NCBI GenBank assembly: GCA_022820825.1
Contig: JAJEEU010000021.1
Location: forward strand, 267 to 64,266
Source: Vicinamibacteria bacterium
Lineage (GTDB): Bacteria > Acidobacteriota > Vicinamibacteria > Vicinamibacterales > UBA8438
Direction: 5' to 3'
Length of the DNA stretch: 64,000 bases
Of this stretch, positions 48,927 to 60,824 are shown one piece after another; position 1 is the first letter of the stretch, and the number at the start of each line of letters is the position of its first letter. The notes under the pieces were generated by a model. It did no database searches and was not told the DNA's origin. It worked only from the letters and a program-made list of their open reading frames with translations. A program made the position numbers and the translations under genes.

Positions 48927-51299
48927 TCAATAACGATTATTCAGGCCGGTCCCCTGGCCCAGGCCGAAGGCGCCCAGGACGTTGGCGAACGTCCCCAGCC
49001 CGGCCAGCGTGAACGACAGGTGGAACCGGCGATCCTGCGGTATCCGCGCCCGGCTGCCGAGTCCCTGGAAGTTGAATACCTCGTACTCGGCGCTCACGCC
49101 GCAGCACTGCGCGTTGTAGTAGACCAGCAGCCGCTGCTGCAGATACCGCTCGCGCAGCACGTCGTAGTGGAACGAGTACGCCCCACCGACGTTGTTGCTG
49201 CGCGTGCGCATGCTGGTGCTCAGGTTGAGGTAGTGGTCGAGGCGGTTGGGATCGTCGAAGCCGCTCAGGCCGGCGACGAACCGGCGCTGGCTCCAACCGG
49301 CCTCCATGTGCGCCCAGCCGCGGAAGGCGAACAGTCCGTTCGCGCTGATCGTGCGGATCGCCCCGAACTGCGTGTCGTACTCGGTGCGGAACGAGCCGCC
49401 GATCGCCTCCGTCAGATCGGCGCGCGCAATCAGCGAGACCGGCGAGAAGTTGCTCGGCGGCGTACGGTTGAAGCTCGTCCTGAACCGCCGGTCGTACTGC
49501 GCCGCCCGGGCGTCGGTGTAGTAGCTCTGCGTCAACTGCACGCTAACGATCTCCTTCGCGATCCCGGTGCCGCCCTCCTGCGGCTGCTTGGCATAGATCC
49601 GGTTGTTGATGCCGTAGCGGATCTGCGTGACGTTGCCGAGCGTCGAGTCGGTGCCCTCCAACTGGACGATGCGCTCGAAGTTGTCGACCGCCGTCACGCG
49701 CTGCAGCGCGACCCATGGCTCGATGACGTGCTTCATCCGCTCGGCGTAGCCGCTGTTGGGCGTATCCCACACCTTGACGAAGCTCGGGCCGGTGATCTCC
49801 GACTGAAACTCGAAGTACCCGCGGGCTATGCCGTCGTTGACCTGCACGCCGCGTTCATCGCCCACGCCGAGGCTCTCGGTCCAGTAGGTGCCGCGCCAGG
49901 CAACCGTTGAATCGACGATCAGGAACGGCCAGCGGGTGAACGGTATCTGTACGACCGGAGCGACCTCGAAGCGGTTGAGGCCCGAGTCGGTGATGTCCTT
50001 GAGCTCGATCGGCTCGCCGCCGCTGCCCGTGCCGAAGCGCGAGACGCTCGACCGCTGCAGCAGGTGGGCGAACTCGGACTGGAACGAGAAGTAGAACGGC
50101 GTGCCCGGCAGCTCGCGCTGGCTCTGGTCGAACTTGATGCGCGGGCCGGCGCCGTGCAGCGTCGACTGGCGCGCGCCGAAGAAGGTCTCGTTCAGATCGT
50201 ACGTTCCGCTGACCTGGTACAGGCCCCAGTTGCCGCTGACGTTGCCGCTCATGTTCCGGCGGCTGTTCGAAGCGTCGAAGATGTTGCTCTGGTACTGCTG
50301 CTGGACGGTCACGTCGGAGAAATAGTTGACCTGCCCCCGGGCGTTTATGTTGTCCGTGATGCCGTAGCGGGCCTCGCCCCGCAACTCGTAGCTCCGGCGG
50401 GCGGGGTACTCCCGCTCCACTCCGTTGAACGAGCGGGTCGTCTCGTTTTCGTTCAGCCAGTACGTCCGCAACTGGCCCTCGGACCCCTGGCCCAGCGTGT
50501 AGCGGTACTCCGCGCCGGTGCCCTGGCCGGTCTGCGTGAACCAGTCGTGGTAGACGGTGGCGTCGTGGCTGCGGCCGATCGCCCAGAAGAAGGCGTTGCT
50601 CAGGCTCTGTCCGTGCGCGGTCGAGGCGCCGTACGTGGGCATCAGGAACCCGGTTGCGCGATCGTCCTGTTGGACCGGGAAATACAGGGCCGGCAGGTAG
50701 AACAGCGGCACGCCCTTGATCTTGAGCACGGAGTTGCGCAGCAGGGCGTACGATTCCAGGTTGAGCGTGATCGAGCTTGCCGTCATCTGCCAGCGCGGCG
50801 TCGGCTGCAGGCAACTCGTGAAGCCGCCCTTGCTCAGGCGGTACGTGCGGGCTCCGAGCTTCTCGATGGTCTCACCATAGAACTGCATGTCCGGCTCGTG
50901 ATTGCCGAACATGCTGCGCTCGACCTCGCCGTCTCCGAGCCGCACGGACGCGGTGGCGTCGTAGAAGGTCGCCGTGAGCGCCTCGGTGTCGAACTCCGCC
51001 CGCTCGGCGGCCACCCGGCCGCCGTCGCCCACGTAGACGACGTTGCCCTCGGCGACCAGTCGCGTCTCCTCCGGATACACGTCGACCTGGTCCGCGAAGA
51101 ACTGGTAGTTGTCGCCGTCGATCTCGACCTCGCCGATCAGGCGGAAATGGCCGTCTCCAACCTGCTCGATCCGGAATTGGCGCGAGTCGAAGTCGAACCC
51201 GGGCAGCAGTTGCGCCCGGGCGCCGGTGACGGCGGCGGCGACCAGCACCAGGGCCGCGGCGACCGCCCGTACCGGCTGGTGGAAGTGTTTCGGGGCCAT
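48927..51299 (-). CDS. lptD: LPS-assembly outer-membrane protein LptD (OstA family)
   Basis: Signal peptide, an N-terminal OstA-like beta-jellyroll (FRLIGEVEIDGDNYQFFADQVDVY...AEGNVV), and a large C-terminal beta-barrel with alternating aromatic patterns. Confidence 0.8.
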   Translation of the reverse strand: MAPKHFHQPVRAVAAALVLVAAAVTGARAQLLPGFDFDSRQFRIEQVGDGHFRLIGEVEIDGDNYQFFADQVDVYPEETRLVAEGNVVYVGDGGRVAAERAEFDTEALTATFYDATASVRLGDGEVERSMFGNHEPDMQFYGETIEKLGARTYRLSKGGFTSCLQPTPRWQMTASSITLNLESYALLRNSVLKIKGVPLFYLPALYFPVQQDDRATGFLMPTYGASTAHGQSLSNAFFWAIGRSHDATVYHDWFTQTGQGTGAEYRYTLGQGSEGQLRTYWLNENETTRSFNGVEREYPARRSYELRGEARYGITDNINARGQVNYFSDVTVQQQYQSNIFDASNSRRNMSGNVSGNWGLYQVSGTYDLNETFFGARQSTLHGAGPRIKFDQSQRELPGTPFYFSFQSEFAHLLQRSSVSRFGTGSGGEPIELKDITDSGLNRFEVAPVVQIPFTRWPFLIVDSTVAWRGTYWTESLGVGDERGVQVNDGIARGYFEFQSEITGPSFVKVWDTPNSGYAERMKHVIEPWVALQRVTAVDNFERIVQLEGTDSTLGNVTQIRYGINNRIYAKQPQEGGTGIAKEIVSVQLTQSYYTDARAAQYDRRFRTSFNRTPPSNFSPVSLIARADLTEAIGGSFRTEYDTQFGAIRTISANGLFAFRGWAHMEAGWSQRRFVAGLSGFDDPNRLDHYLNLSTSMRTRSNNVGGAYSFHYDVLRERYLQQRLLVYYNAQCCGVSAEYEVFNFQGLGSRARIPQDRRFHLSFTLAGLGTFANVLGAFGLGQGTGLNNRY

Positions 51300-51305
51300 G
51301 GGTTT

Positions 51306-52610
51306 CTATGCCGGCAGGGCCAGGCTCGCCATGATCTCGCCGACGAGGTACGTAGAGCCCGCCGCGCCGACGACGTCCCCGAGGCGCCAGGCGGCGTCCA
51401 GTGCGGCTGCAGGCGACGAAGCGGCGACCGCACGCAGGTCCGGCCGCGTCGAACGGATCTCCGCCAGCAACGTATCGGGCGGCAGCGCGCGCGGGCTGGC
51501 TAGCGGCGGGCAGAAGATCGCCGTCACCGCGTTTCCCAGCGCGCGCAGCATGCCCTTGACATCCTTGTCGCGGAGCGCCGCGAACACCAGCGGCACGCCG
51601 CCGGGCCATACTTCTTCGACATACGCCGCAAATGCAGCGACCGCGGCCGGATTGTGGGCCGCATCCAGCACGATCGACCGTCGGGCGTCGACCGCCGCCA
51701 CGTCTAGCCGCCCAGCCCACCGCACGCCGCCGAGGCCTTCCAGAATCGCCTCCGGCGGCACGGGCAGCCCGCAATCCCCCAGCCCTTCGAGCAGGCGGAC
51801 CGCGACCGCCGCGTTGCCGGCCTGATGCCGGCCGCGCAGGCCGAGGCGGAGCGGTCCGTAGCGCCGCACGGGCGTGGTCATCTCCACCTCGGTCCAGCCG
51901 CCGCGCAGGGCGGCGCGGATCTCGACGTCGCGGGGCGCTTCGATCAGCCGGGCGCCGCGCTCCCTGGCCGCGCGCCGCAGAACGTCGAGCGCCGGCGGCT
52001 TGGTCTCGCCGGTGACCACGACGGCGCCCGGCTTGATCACGCCCGCCTTCTCGTACGCAATCTCGGACAGGGTCGCGCCAAGGTACTGCTGGTGATCCAG
52101 GTCGATCGAGGAGATCGCGGCCGCGACCGGCGTCACCACGTTCGTGGCGTCGAAGCGGCCGCCCATGCCGACCTCGAGCACGGCGGCGTCGATGCGGGCC
52201 CGGGCGAACAGCGACAGGGCGACGGCCGTGGTCGCTTCGAAGAACGTGGGCGGCGCCGCCAGGCGGCCGTCGTCGAGGAGCCGCTCGACCGTCTCACGCA
52301 GGCGGTCGGCCTCGGCCGCGAGCGTCTCGCGGGCGACGGGCCGCCCCCCGACCGTGAAGCGCTCCTCGAGCGCCATCAGGTGGGGAGAGCAGTAACGTCC
52401 GGCGGTGTAGCCGCCGGCGCGCAGGGCGGTTTCGATCATCGCCGCCACCGAGCCCTTGCCGTTCGTGCCGGCCACGATGATCGACTTGAACGATCGGTCC
52501 GGACGTCCCAGGGCCGCGCACAGCAAGCGGATGTTGTCGAGTCCGAGCTTTACGCCGAATTGCTCCAGGTCGAACAGGAAGTCGATGGATTCCCGGGCGG
52601 GACTGGTCAT
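51306..52610 (-). CDS. folC: bifunctional folylpolyglutamate synthase / dihydrofolate synthase
   Basis: VAGTNGKGSV P-loop and Mur-ligase-like fold. Conserved accD-folC adjacency. ATG at 52610; the longer track ORF overlaps accD in another frame. Confidence 0.9.
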   Translation of the reverse strand: MTSPARESIDFLFDLEQFGVKLGLDNIRLLCAALGRPDRSFKSIIVAGTNGKGSVAAMIETALRAGGYTAGRYCSPHLMALEERFTVGGRPVARETLAAEADRLRETVERLLDDGRLAAPPTFFEATTAVALSLFARARIDAAVLEVGMGGRFDATNVVTPVAAAISSIDLDHQQYLGATLSEIAYEKAGVIKPGAVVVTGETKPPALDVLRRAARERGARLIEAPRDVEIRAALRGGWTEVEMTTPVRRYGPLRLGLRGRHQAGNAAVAVRLLEGLGDCGLPVPPEAILEGLGGVRWAGRLDVAAVDARRSIVLDAAHNPAAVAAFAAYVEEVWPGGVPLVFAALRDKDVKGMLRALGNAVTAIFCPPLASPRALPPDTLLAEIRSTRPDLRAVAASSPAAALDAAWRLGDVVGAAGSTYLVGEIMASLALPA

Positions 52611-52654
52611 GTGCGGACGGTTCGCGGCGCCGCACGGGGTGTCGCCACGGTCTG

Positions 52655-53551
52655 CTAGCCGGCCGGCTCGGCCTGCAGCGGTGCGGGTTCCGCCACCGGC
52701 TCCGCCTGCGAAGCGGTCATGAAGCGGATGCTGCGGGCGAGCGTATCCCGCAGCTTCCGGCGGTCTACGACCATGTCGAGCATCCCGTGCTCGAGAAGAA
52801 ACTCGCTGCGCTGGAATCCGGCGGGCAGCCGCTGGCGGATCGTCTGTTCGATGACCCGCGGACCGGCGAAACCGATCAGCGCACCCGGCTCGGCGATATG
52901 CAGGTCGCCCAGCATCGCGTAGCTGGCGGTCACGCCGCCTGTCGTCGGATCCGTCAACACGGCGATGTACGGCAGCCGCGCCCGGTCGAGGCGCGCCAGC
53001 GCCGCGCTGATCTTCGCCATCTGCATCAACGACAGCACACCTTCCATCATGCGCGCGCCGCCGGAGCAGCAGACGACGATCAGCGGGATGCGCCGCTCGA
53101 GCGCGCGTTCCACCGCGCGCGTGATGATCTCGCCGACCACTACGCCCATGCTGCCGCCGATGAAGCCGTACTCCATGCTGACGACCGCCACCTCGAGGCC
53201 GTCGATGCGGCCTGTGGCGGATATGGCCGCGTCCCGCAGTCCGGTCGCGGCCGCTCCGGCCGCCAGCCGGTCCCGGTACGGCTTCTTGTCGCCGAACCGC
53301 AGCGGGTCGGTCGACTCCAGGTTGCGGTCGTACTCCGTCCAGGCGCCCTCGTCCAGCAGCGCGGCCAGACGCTCGGCCGCGCTCATCCGGAAATGGTGCG
53401 AGCACGAGCCGCACACGCGCAGGTTCTTCTCCAGATCCTTTTCGTAGAGGATCTGATTGCAGGAAGGGCACTTTATCCACAGGCCCTCCGGCACCCGGCT
53501 GGGCTCGGCCGGCGTTGCAATCGGCCGGCGCGCCTTCTTGAACCAGCTCAT
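52655..53551 (-). CDS. accD: acetyl-CoA carboxylase carboxyltransferase beta subunit
   Basis: N-terminal zinc ribbon CPSC...CGSC and a GGSMG carboxyltransferase domain. The track ORF begins one codon earlier (TTG at 53554). Confidence 0.9.
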   Translation of the reverse strand: MSWFKKARRPIATPAEPSRVPEGLWIKCPSCNQILYEKDLEKNLRVCGSCSHHFRMSAAERLAALLDEGAWTEYDRNLESTDPLRFGDKKPYRDRLAAGAAATGLRDAAISATGRIDGLEVAVVSMEYGFIGGSMGVVVGEIITRAVERALERRIPLIVVCCSGGARMMEGVLSLMQMAKISAALARLDRARLPYIAVLTDPTTGGVTASYAMLGDLHIAEPGALIGFAGPRVIEQTIRQRLPAGFQRSEFLLEHGMLDMVVDRRKLRDTLARSIRFMTASQAEPVAEPAPLQAEPAG

Positions 53552-53585
53552 CAAAAAAGAGCTTAGATATTCCGCGGAAGGCGGG

Positions 53586-54239
53586 TCAAGACGCGTTGGG
53601 GCCCGTACGCGGCACGTAATAACGCGTTCCGCGGCCCATGTCGCGGAGCTGCCGGATCAGATCGTCCAGCGCGGCTTCGTTCCAGTCGAGGGTGAATTCC
53701 GACGTCTCGACCACCAGGAGCGGCGTCGCATTGTAATGGAAGAAGAAATGATTGTACGCCTCGATCAGCTCGCCGAGGTACTCGTCGTTCGGCAGCGGGA
53801 CGGCGTCCGCATCCTGTTGCAGCCGTTGCCGTACGCGCTGCCGGACCAGGTCCGACGGCGCCTGCAGATAGACGACCAGGTCGGGCGCGACAAGGTCCGG
53901 GGCCAGCAGGTCGTACAGCCGCTGATAGATGAACAGCTCGTTGTCGTCCAGATTGAGGTAGGCGTAGATCTTGTCCTTGTCGAAGAGGTAGTCCGCGATG
54001 ACCAATTGATTGAACAGATCGGTCTGCCGCAGCATCGACTGCTGCCGGTGCCGCGCGAGCAGCGAGAACAGTTGCGCCTGGAAAGCCGCGCCCGCGCGAC
54101 CGGCGTACAGGTCGGCGACGAACGGGTTGTCGGTATTGTCGAGAACCGTTGTCGCGTCGAGCCGCAGTGCGAGATGTCGGGCCAGGGTCGTCTTGCCGGT
54201 GCCAATCGGACCTTCGATGGCAAGGTACTGAAAGTCCAA
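53586..54239 (-). CDS. deoxynucleoside kinase family protein
   Basis: IEGPIGTGKTTLA P-loop, the DYLFDKDKIYA region, and an LVVYLQAP...RVRQR lid-like segment. The start is taken at TTG 54239; ATG at 54320 would overlap the divergent gene. Confidence 0.75.
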   Translation of the reverse strand: MDFQYLAIEGPIGTGKTTLARHLALRLDATTVLDNTDNPFVADLYAGRAGAAFQAQLFSLLARHRQQSMLRQTDLFNQLVIADYLFDKDKIYAYLNLDDNELFIYQRLYDLLAPDLVAPDLVVYLQAPSDLVRQRVRQRLQQDADAVPLPNDEYLGELIEAYNHFFFHYNATPLLVVETSEFTLDWNEAALDDLIRQLRDMGRGTRYYVPRTGPNAS

Positions 54240-54247
54240 AGTGCCTC

Positions 54248-54259
54248 GGAGTATACTCC
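54248..54259. promoter_or_regulatory. perfect 12-bp palindrome GGAGTATACTCC giving a TATACT -10-like hexamer on both strands
   Basis: Lies in the 44-bp divergent spacer between the dNK-accD-folC-lptD string and the HEAT-cyclophilin gene. It is the only AT-rich island there. Confidence 0.35.
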
Positions 54260-54283
54260 CTCTTCTTGTTGCTTCCGCTTGAC

Positions 54284-56467
54284 GTGACGCAGAGACGCTT
54301 CCGGCCGACGACGCTGGCAATCCTGTTTGCCGTGCTGCTGGCCGTCGCGGGCTGCGCCTCCGCCCCGCCGCCGGCTGCGCCGCTCGGCCCGCCGACCCTC
54401 CACGAGAAGCTGGGCTGGATCCTGCAGTTGGAGGACCAGCGCGTACTGCGCGATCCGGCAGCCCCGCCGCGTCCGGAGATGCCCGACGAACCGCGACCGG
54501 CGCACGATCCGGACGCCGCGTCGGGGCCGGCGCCTGCGTCCGGGATCGAGGAACTGCCGCCCGCCGCGCTACGGCCGGTGCCCGACCTCCGCGACCTGCT
54601 CATCGATGCCGCGCCGCGGATCCGCCGGCGGGCCGCGCTGGCGGTGGGCCGGGTCGGGCATGCGGATGGGGTCGCGCCGCTGCTGGCGACTCTCGACGAT
54701 CCGGAGCCGGAGGTGCGCCAGATGGCGGCGTTCGCGCTCGGCCTGCTGGCTGACGAGGCGGCGGCCGAGCGGCTGCTGCTCGCGCTGCGGGATCCGTCCC
54801 CGCTTGTACAGGGCCGCGCGGCCGAAGCGCTGGGCCGGATCGGCGCTGACGGCGCGCGTGAAGCGATCGGCACGCTGCTCGGTCGCCATATCGTCGGGAC
54901 ATACGGCATCGATCCGGAAGATCTTTCGTATCCCCAGACGCCGGAGGTGGAGGCGTTCCGGCTCGCGCTGTATGCCCTGGCGGACCTTGGCGCATTCGAG
55001 CAACTGGCGGATGCGCTGTTCCAGCCGAACGGCCAGCCGGTGATCTGGTGGTGGCCGGTCGCCGATGTCCTGTCGCGGATGAAGGACTCGCGCGCCCTCT
55101 CCGCGCTCGGCACGCTGGTCGGCGTGCAGGGCAGCGTGGGGGTGGCGATGGCGGCACGCGGACTGGGAGCGCTGGGCGATCCGGCCGCCGTCGGCACGCT
55201 TGCCGCGCTGCTCGATCCGGAACGCCGCGACCGGCGCGTGCTGCTGGCGTCGCTGCGGGCGCTGGGGCGGTTTCGAGTCCCCGAGGCGACGGAGGCGCTG
55301 CGCGAGTTCGTACTGCGCCGGGATATCGATCCGCGGCTGCGCTACGAGACGGTACTGGCTCTGAATGGCCATTCCGACCCGGTCGTGGTCCAGGTGTTCG
55401 TCGAGTTGCTCTCGGACCCGTGGCCGCCAATGCGCGCCGCCGCGCTGCGGGGGCTCGCCGCGGCGGACCGGGAGATGTTCCTGCTCGTGCTGTCCGGATT
55501 GGAGCCAGATGAGGACTGGCGCGTGCGTGTCGCGTTGGCGGAGAGCCTCGCGGTCGCGGGGCCGGAGGTAGCGGGGCCGTTGCTGACGGGCATGCTGGAC
55601 GACGCCGACCGGCGCGTGGTGCCGGCCGCACTCTCGGCGCTGGTCGAGGTAGGCGCGCCGGACGTCGGGCCGCTGCTGCTCGAGCACCTCGAAGCCGACG
55701 ATATCGTCGTGCGCAAGACGGCAGCCAGGCTGCTGGGCGTCGTCCAACCGCCGGACGCGGCCGCCGCGCTGACGGCGGCCTATGCGGGCAACGCCGACGA
55801 GCCGGCGTATCTGGCGCGCGCGGCAATCGTGGACGCCGCCGCGGCCGTGGGCGGCCGGGCCGGGCGCGCCGTGCTGGAAGAAGCGCTGGCCGATCGCGAC
55901 TGGGCGGTGCGGTTGCGCGCGGCGCGGGGGCTGGAGAGCCTGGCGCCCGGCGGGGACCATGATGACCGCATCAGGCCCGTCCCGGCGGCGGGTACGGACT
56001 ACGGTGCGTCAGAGCTCGTCGACCCGAGCGTGTCGCCGCATGTCTATATCGACACGGCCAGGGGCACCATTCAAATCGAGCTGGCGGTGCTCGACGCGCC
56101 GCTCACCGCGGCCAACTTCATGCGTCTGGCGCGCCGCGGCTTCTACGACGGCCAGACATTTCACCGCGCGGAGAGCAACTACGTCGTCCAGGGCGGCGAT
56201 CCGCGCAGCGACGGCGAGGGCGGCCCCGGATATGCCATCCGGGACGAGATCAATCAGTTGCCGTTCCTGCGCGGCACGGTCGGCATGGCGCTCGACTGGG
56301 AAGACACCGGCGGCAGCCAGTTCTTCATCACGCTGTTGCCGCAGCCCCAGCTCGATGGCCGCTACACGGTGTTCGGCCGGGTGCTGGATGGAATGGACGT
56401 GGTGGACCAGCTCCAGCCGGGCGACGTGATGCAGCGGATCCGCGTCTGGGACGGCGTGCAACCGTAG
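54284..56467 (+). CDS. lipoprotein with HEAT (PBS-lyase-like) repeats and a C-terminal cyclophilin-type peptidyl-prolyl isomerase
   Basis: Lipobox LLAVAGC after the GTG at 54284. Multiple repeats of the form D.D..VR..AA.ALG. C-terminal cyclophilin motifs (FHRAESNYVVQGGDP, GTVGMA, SQFFITL). Confidence 0.85.
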   Translation: MTQRRFRPTTLAILFAVLLAVAGCASAPPPAAPLGPPTLHEKLGWILQLEDQRVLRDPAAPPRPEMPDEPRPAHDPDAASGPAPASGIEELPPAALRPVPDLRDLLIDAAPRIRRRAALAVGRVGHADGVAPLLATLDDPEPEVRQMAAFALGLLADEAAAERLLLALRDPSPLVQGRAAEALGRIGADGAREAIGTLLGRHIVGTYGIDPEDLSYPQTPEVEAFRLALYALADLGAFEQLADALFQPNGQPVIWWWPVADVLSRMKDSRALSALGTLVGVQGSVGVAMAARGLGALGDPAAVGTLAALLDPERRDRRVLLASLRALGRFRVPEATEALREFVLRRDIDPRLRYETVLALNGHSDPVVVQVFVELLSDPWPPMRAAALRGLAAADREMFLLVLSGLEPDEDWRVRVALAESLAVAGPEVAGPLLTGMLDDADRRVVPAALSALVEVGAPDVGPLLLEHLEADDIVVRKTAARLLGVVQPPDAAAALTAAYAGNADEPAYLARAAIVDAAAAVGGRAGRAVLEEALADRDWAVRLRAARGLESLAPGGDHDDRIRPVPAAGTDYGASELVDPSVSPHVYIDTARGTIQIELAVLDAPLTAANFMRLARRGFYDGQTFHRAESNYVVQGGDPRSDGEGGPGYAIRDEINQLPFLRGTVGMALDWEDTGGSQFFITLLPQPQLDGRYTVFGRVLDGMDVVDQLQPGDVMQRIRVWDGVQP

Positions 56468-56482
56468 GACGGAAACCGGTCT

Positions 56483-59213
<2,731 letters not shown>

Positions 59214-59222
59214 GAGCTGCGC

Positions 59223-60791
59223 ATGAACAGGAACGTGCAGTGGAAGCTCGTCGTCGTCCTTGCCGTCACCGTTCTGTCGGTCGTGGCGATCTATCCGCCG
59301 GAAGAGCGGATCCGACTCGGGCTCGACCTCGAGGGCGGCGTCCACATGGTGCTGCAGGTGGAGACGGACGACGCCCTGCGCGTGGAGTCCGAGACCGCCG
59401 CGGAGCAACTCGGCGAACAGCTCGATCTGCAGGGCATCACCGTCGCGTCGTCGTCGGCCGTGGACGCCACGACCATTCGGGTCGAGGGCGTGCCGGGAGA
59501 CCGCGACGCCGAGTTCCGGCAGATCGCGGACGATCAGGTGTCGGCCTCCTACGACCGCGAAACGGGCGCAGGCGGCCTGTACACGTTCAGGATGCGTGCG
59601 CCGGTCGAGGCGACCCTGCGCGACGAATCGGTGCGGCAGGCGCTGCAGACCATCGAGCGGCGCGTCAACGAGCTCGGCGTGGCCGAGCCGATTGTCGCGC
59701 CGTACAGCGTCGGCGGATACCAGATCCTGGTCCAGTTGCCCGGCGTGTCCGACGTGGCGCGGGCGAAGGAGATCATCCGCAACACCGCCCTGCTGGAGCT
59801 GAAGATCGTCGAGGACGGTCCGGCGTTCAGCCAGGAAGAGTTGCTGGAGGCGCGCAACGGGGTGATCCCTCCCGACATGGAGGTGGTATCCGGCGTATCC
59901 GAAGCGCTCGGCTCCGGCGGACCGGGCAGCACGTCCCACTACCTGGTGCGGCGCGTTGCCGCGGTGACCGGACGCGACCTGCGCAACGCCCGGCCGTCGC
60001 TCGACGAGTTCAACCAGCCCGCCGTCAGCTTCTCGTTCAACCGCGAGGGTGCGCGCAAGTTCGGCGAGGTCACCGGGGCGAACATCGGCCGCAGTCTCGC
60101 GATCATCCTCGACGGGCGTGTGCACACCGCGCCGGTGATCCAGAGCCGCATCACCGACGAGGGCAGGATCAACGGCAGCTTCAGCCAGGAAGAGGCGGCG
60201 GATCTGTCCCTGGTGCTGCGTTCCGGCGCGTTGCCGGCTTCGTTGACCTATCTGGAAGAGCGGACGGTGGGTCCGACGCTCGGGGCCGACTCCATCCGCG
60301 CGGGCGTTTCCGCCTCGCTCGCGGGACTGATCGCCGTGGCGCTGTTCATGCTGGCCTACTACCGGCTGGCGGGCATCAACGCCATCGTCGCCGTCGGGAT
60401 GAACCTGTTGATACTGATGGGGTTCATGGCGTACGTCGGGGCGGTGCTGACGCTGCCCGGCATTGCCGGACTCATCCTGACCATCGGCATCGGCGTCGAT
60501 TCCAACGTCCTGATCTTCGAACGCATCAAGGAAGAGCTGCGCTCGGAGAAAGGCATCCGCGCCGCGGTGGCGGCCGGCTTCGACCGCGTGCTGCTGACAA
60601 TCCTGGACACGCACGTCGCCTCGCTGATCGCGGCGGCCTTCCTGTTCCAGTTCGGGTCGGGACCCATTCGGGGATTTGCGACGACGCTTGCCATCGGTCT
60701 CATATCCAACATCTTCACCGCGGTGTTCGTATCGCGCACCATCTTCGAAACGGTGCTGGCCCGCCGGCGCGCGGCCACGCTGAGCATCTGA
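59223..60791 (+). CDS. secD: protein translocase subunit SecD
   Basis: N-terminal TM segment, a large periplasmic domain, and a C-terminal 5-TM SecD/SecF domain (GIAGLILTIGIGVDSNVLIFERIKEE). Confidence 0.9.
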   Translation: MNRNVQWKLVVVLAVTVLSVVAIYPPEERIRLGLDLEGGVHMVLQVETDDALRVESETAAEQLGEQLDLQGITVASSSAVDATTIRVEGVPGDRDAEFRQIADDQVSASYDRETGAGGLYTFRMRAPVEATLRDESVRQALQTIERRVNELGVAEPIVAPYSVGGYQILVQLPGVSDVARAKEIIRNTALLELKIVEDGPAFSQEELLEARNGVIPPDMEVVSGVSEALGSGGPGSTSHYLVRRVAAVTGRDLRNARPSLDEFNQPAVSFSFNREGARKFGEVTGANIGRSLAIILDGRVHTAPVIQSRITDEGRINGSFSQEEAADLSLVLRSGALPASLTYLEERTVGPTLGADSIRAGVSASLAGLIAVALFMLAYYRLAGINAIVAVGMNLLILMGFMAYVGAVLTLPGIAGLILTIGIGVDSNVLIFERIKEELRSEKGIRAAVAAGFDRVLLTILDTHVASLIAAAFLFQFGSGPIRGFATTLAIGLISNIFTAVFVSRTIFETVLARRRAATLSI

Positions 60792-60824
60792 TGCGGCACG
60801 CAGAAGGATGAGGAGCTAGCGCGG

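Noticed and set aside
51306-53480. A 724-aa ORF suggesting a long N-terminal extension of folC across accD.
   Set aside because: The extension is out of frame with, and fully overlaps, accD, and has no FolC-like sequence. The ATG at 52610 gives a canonical FolC N-terminus.
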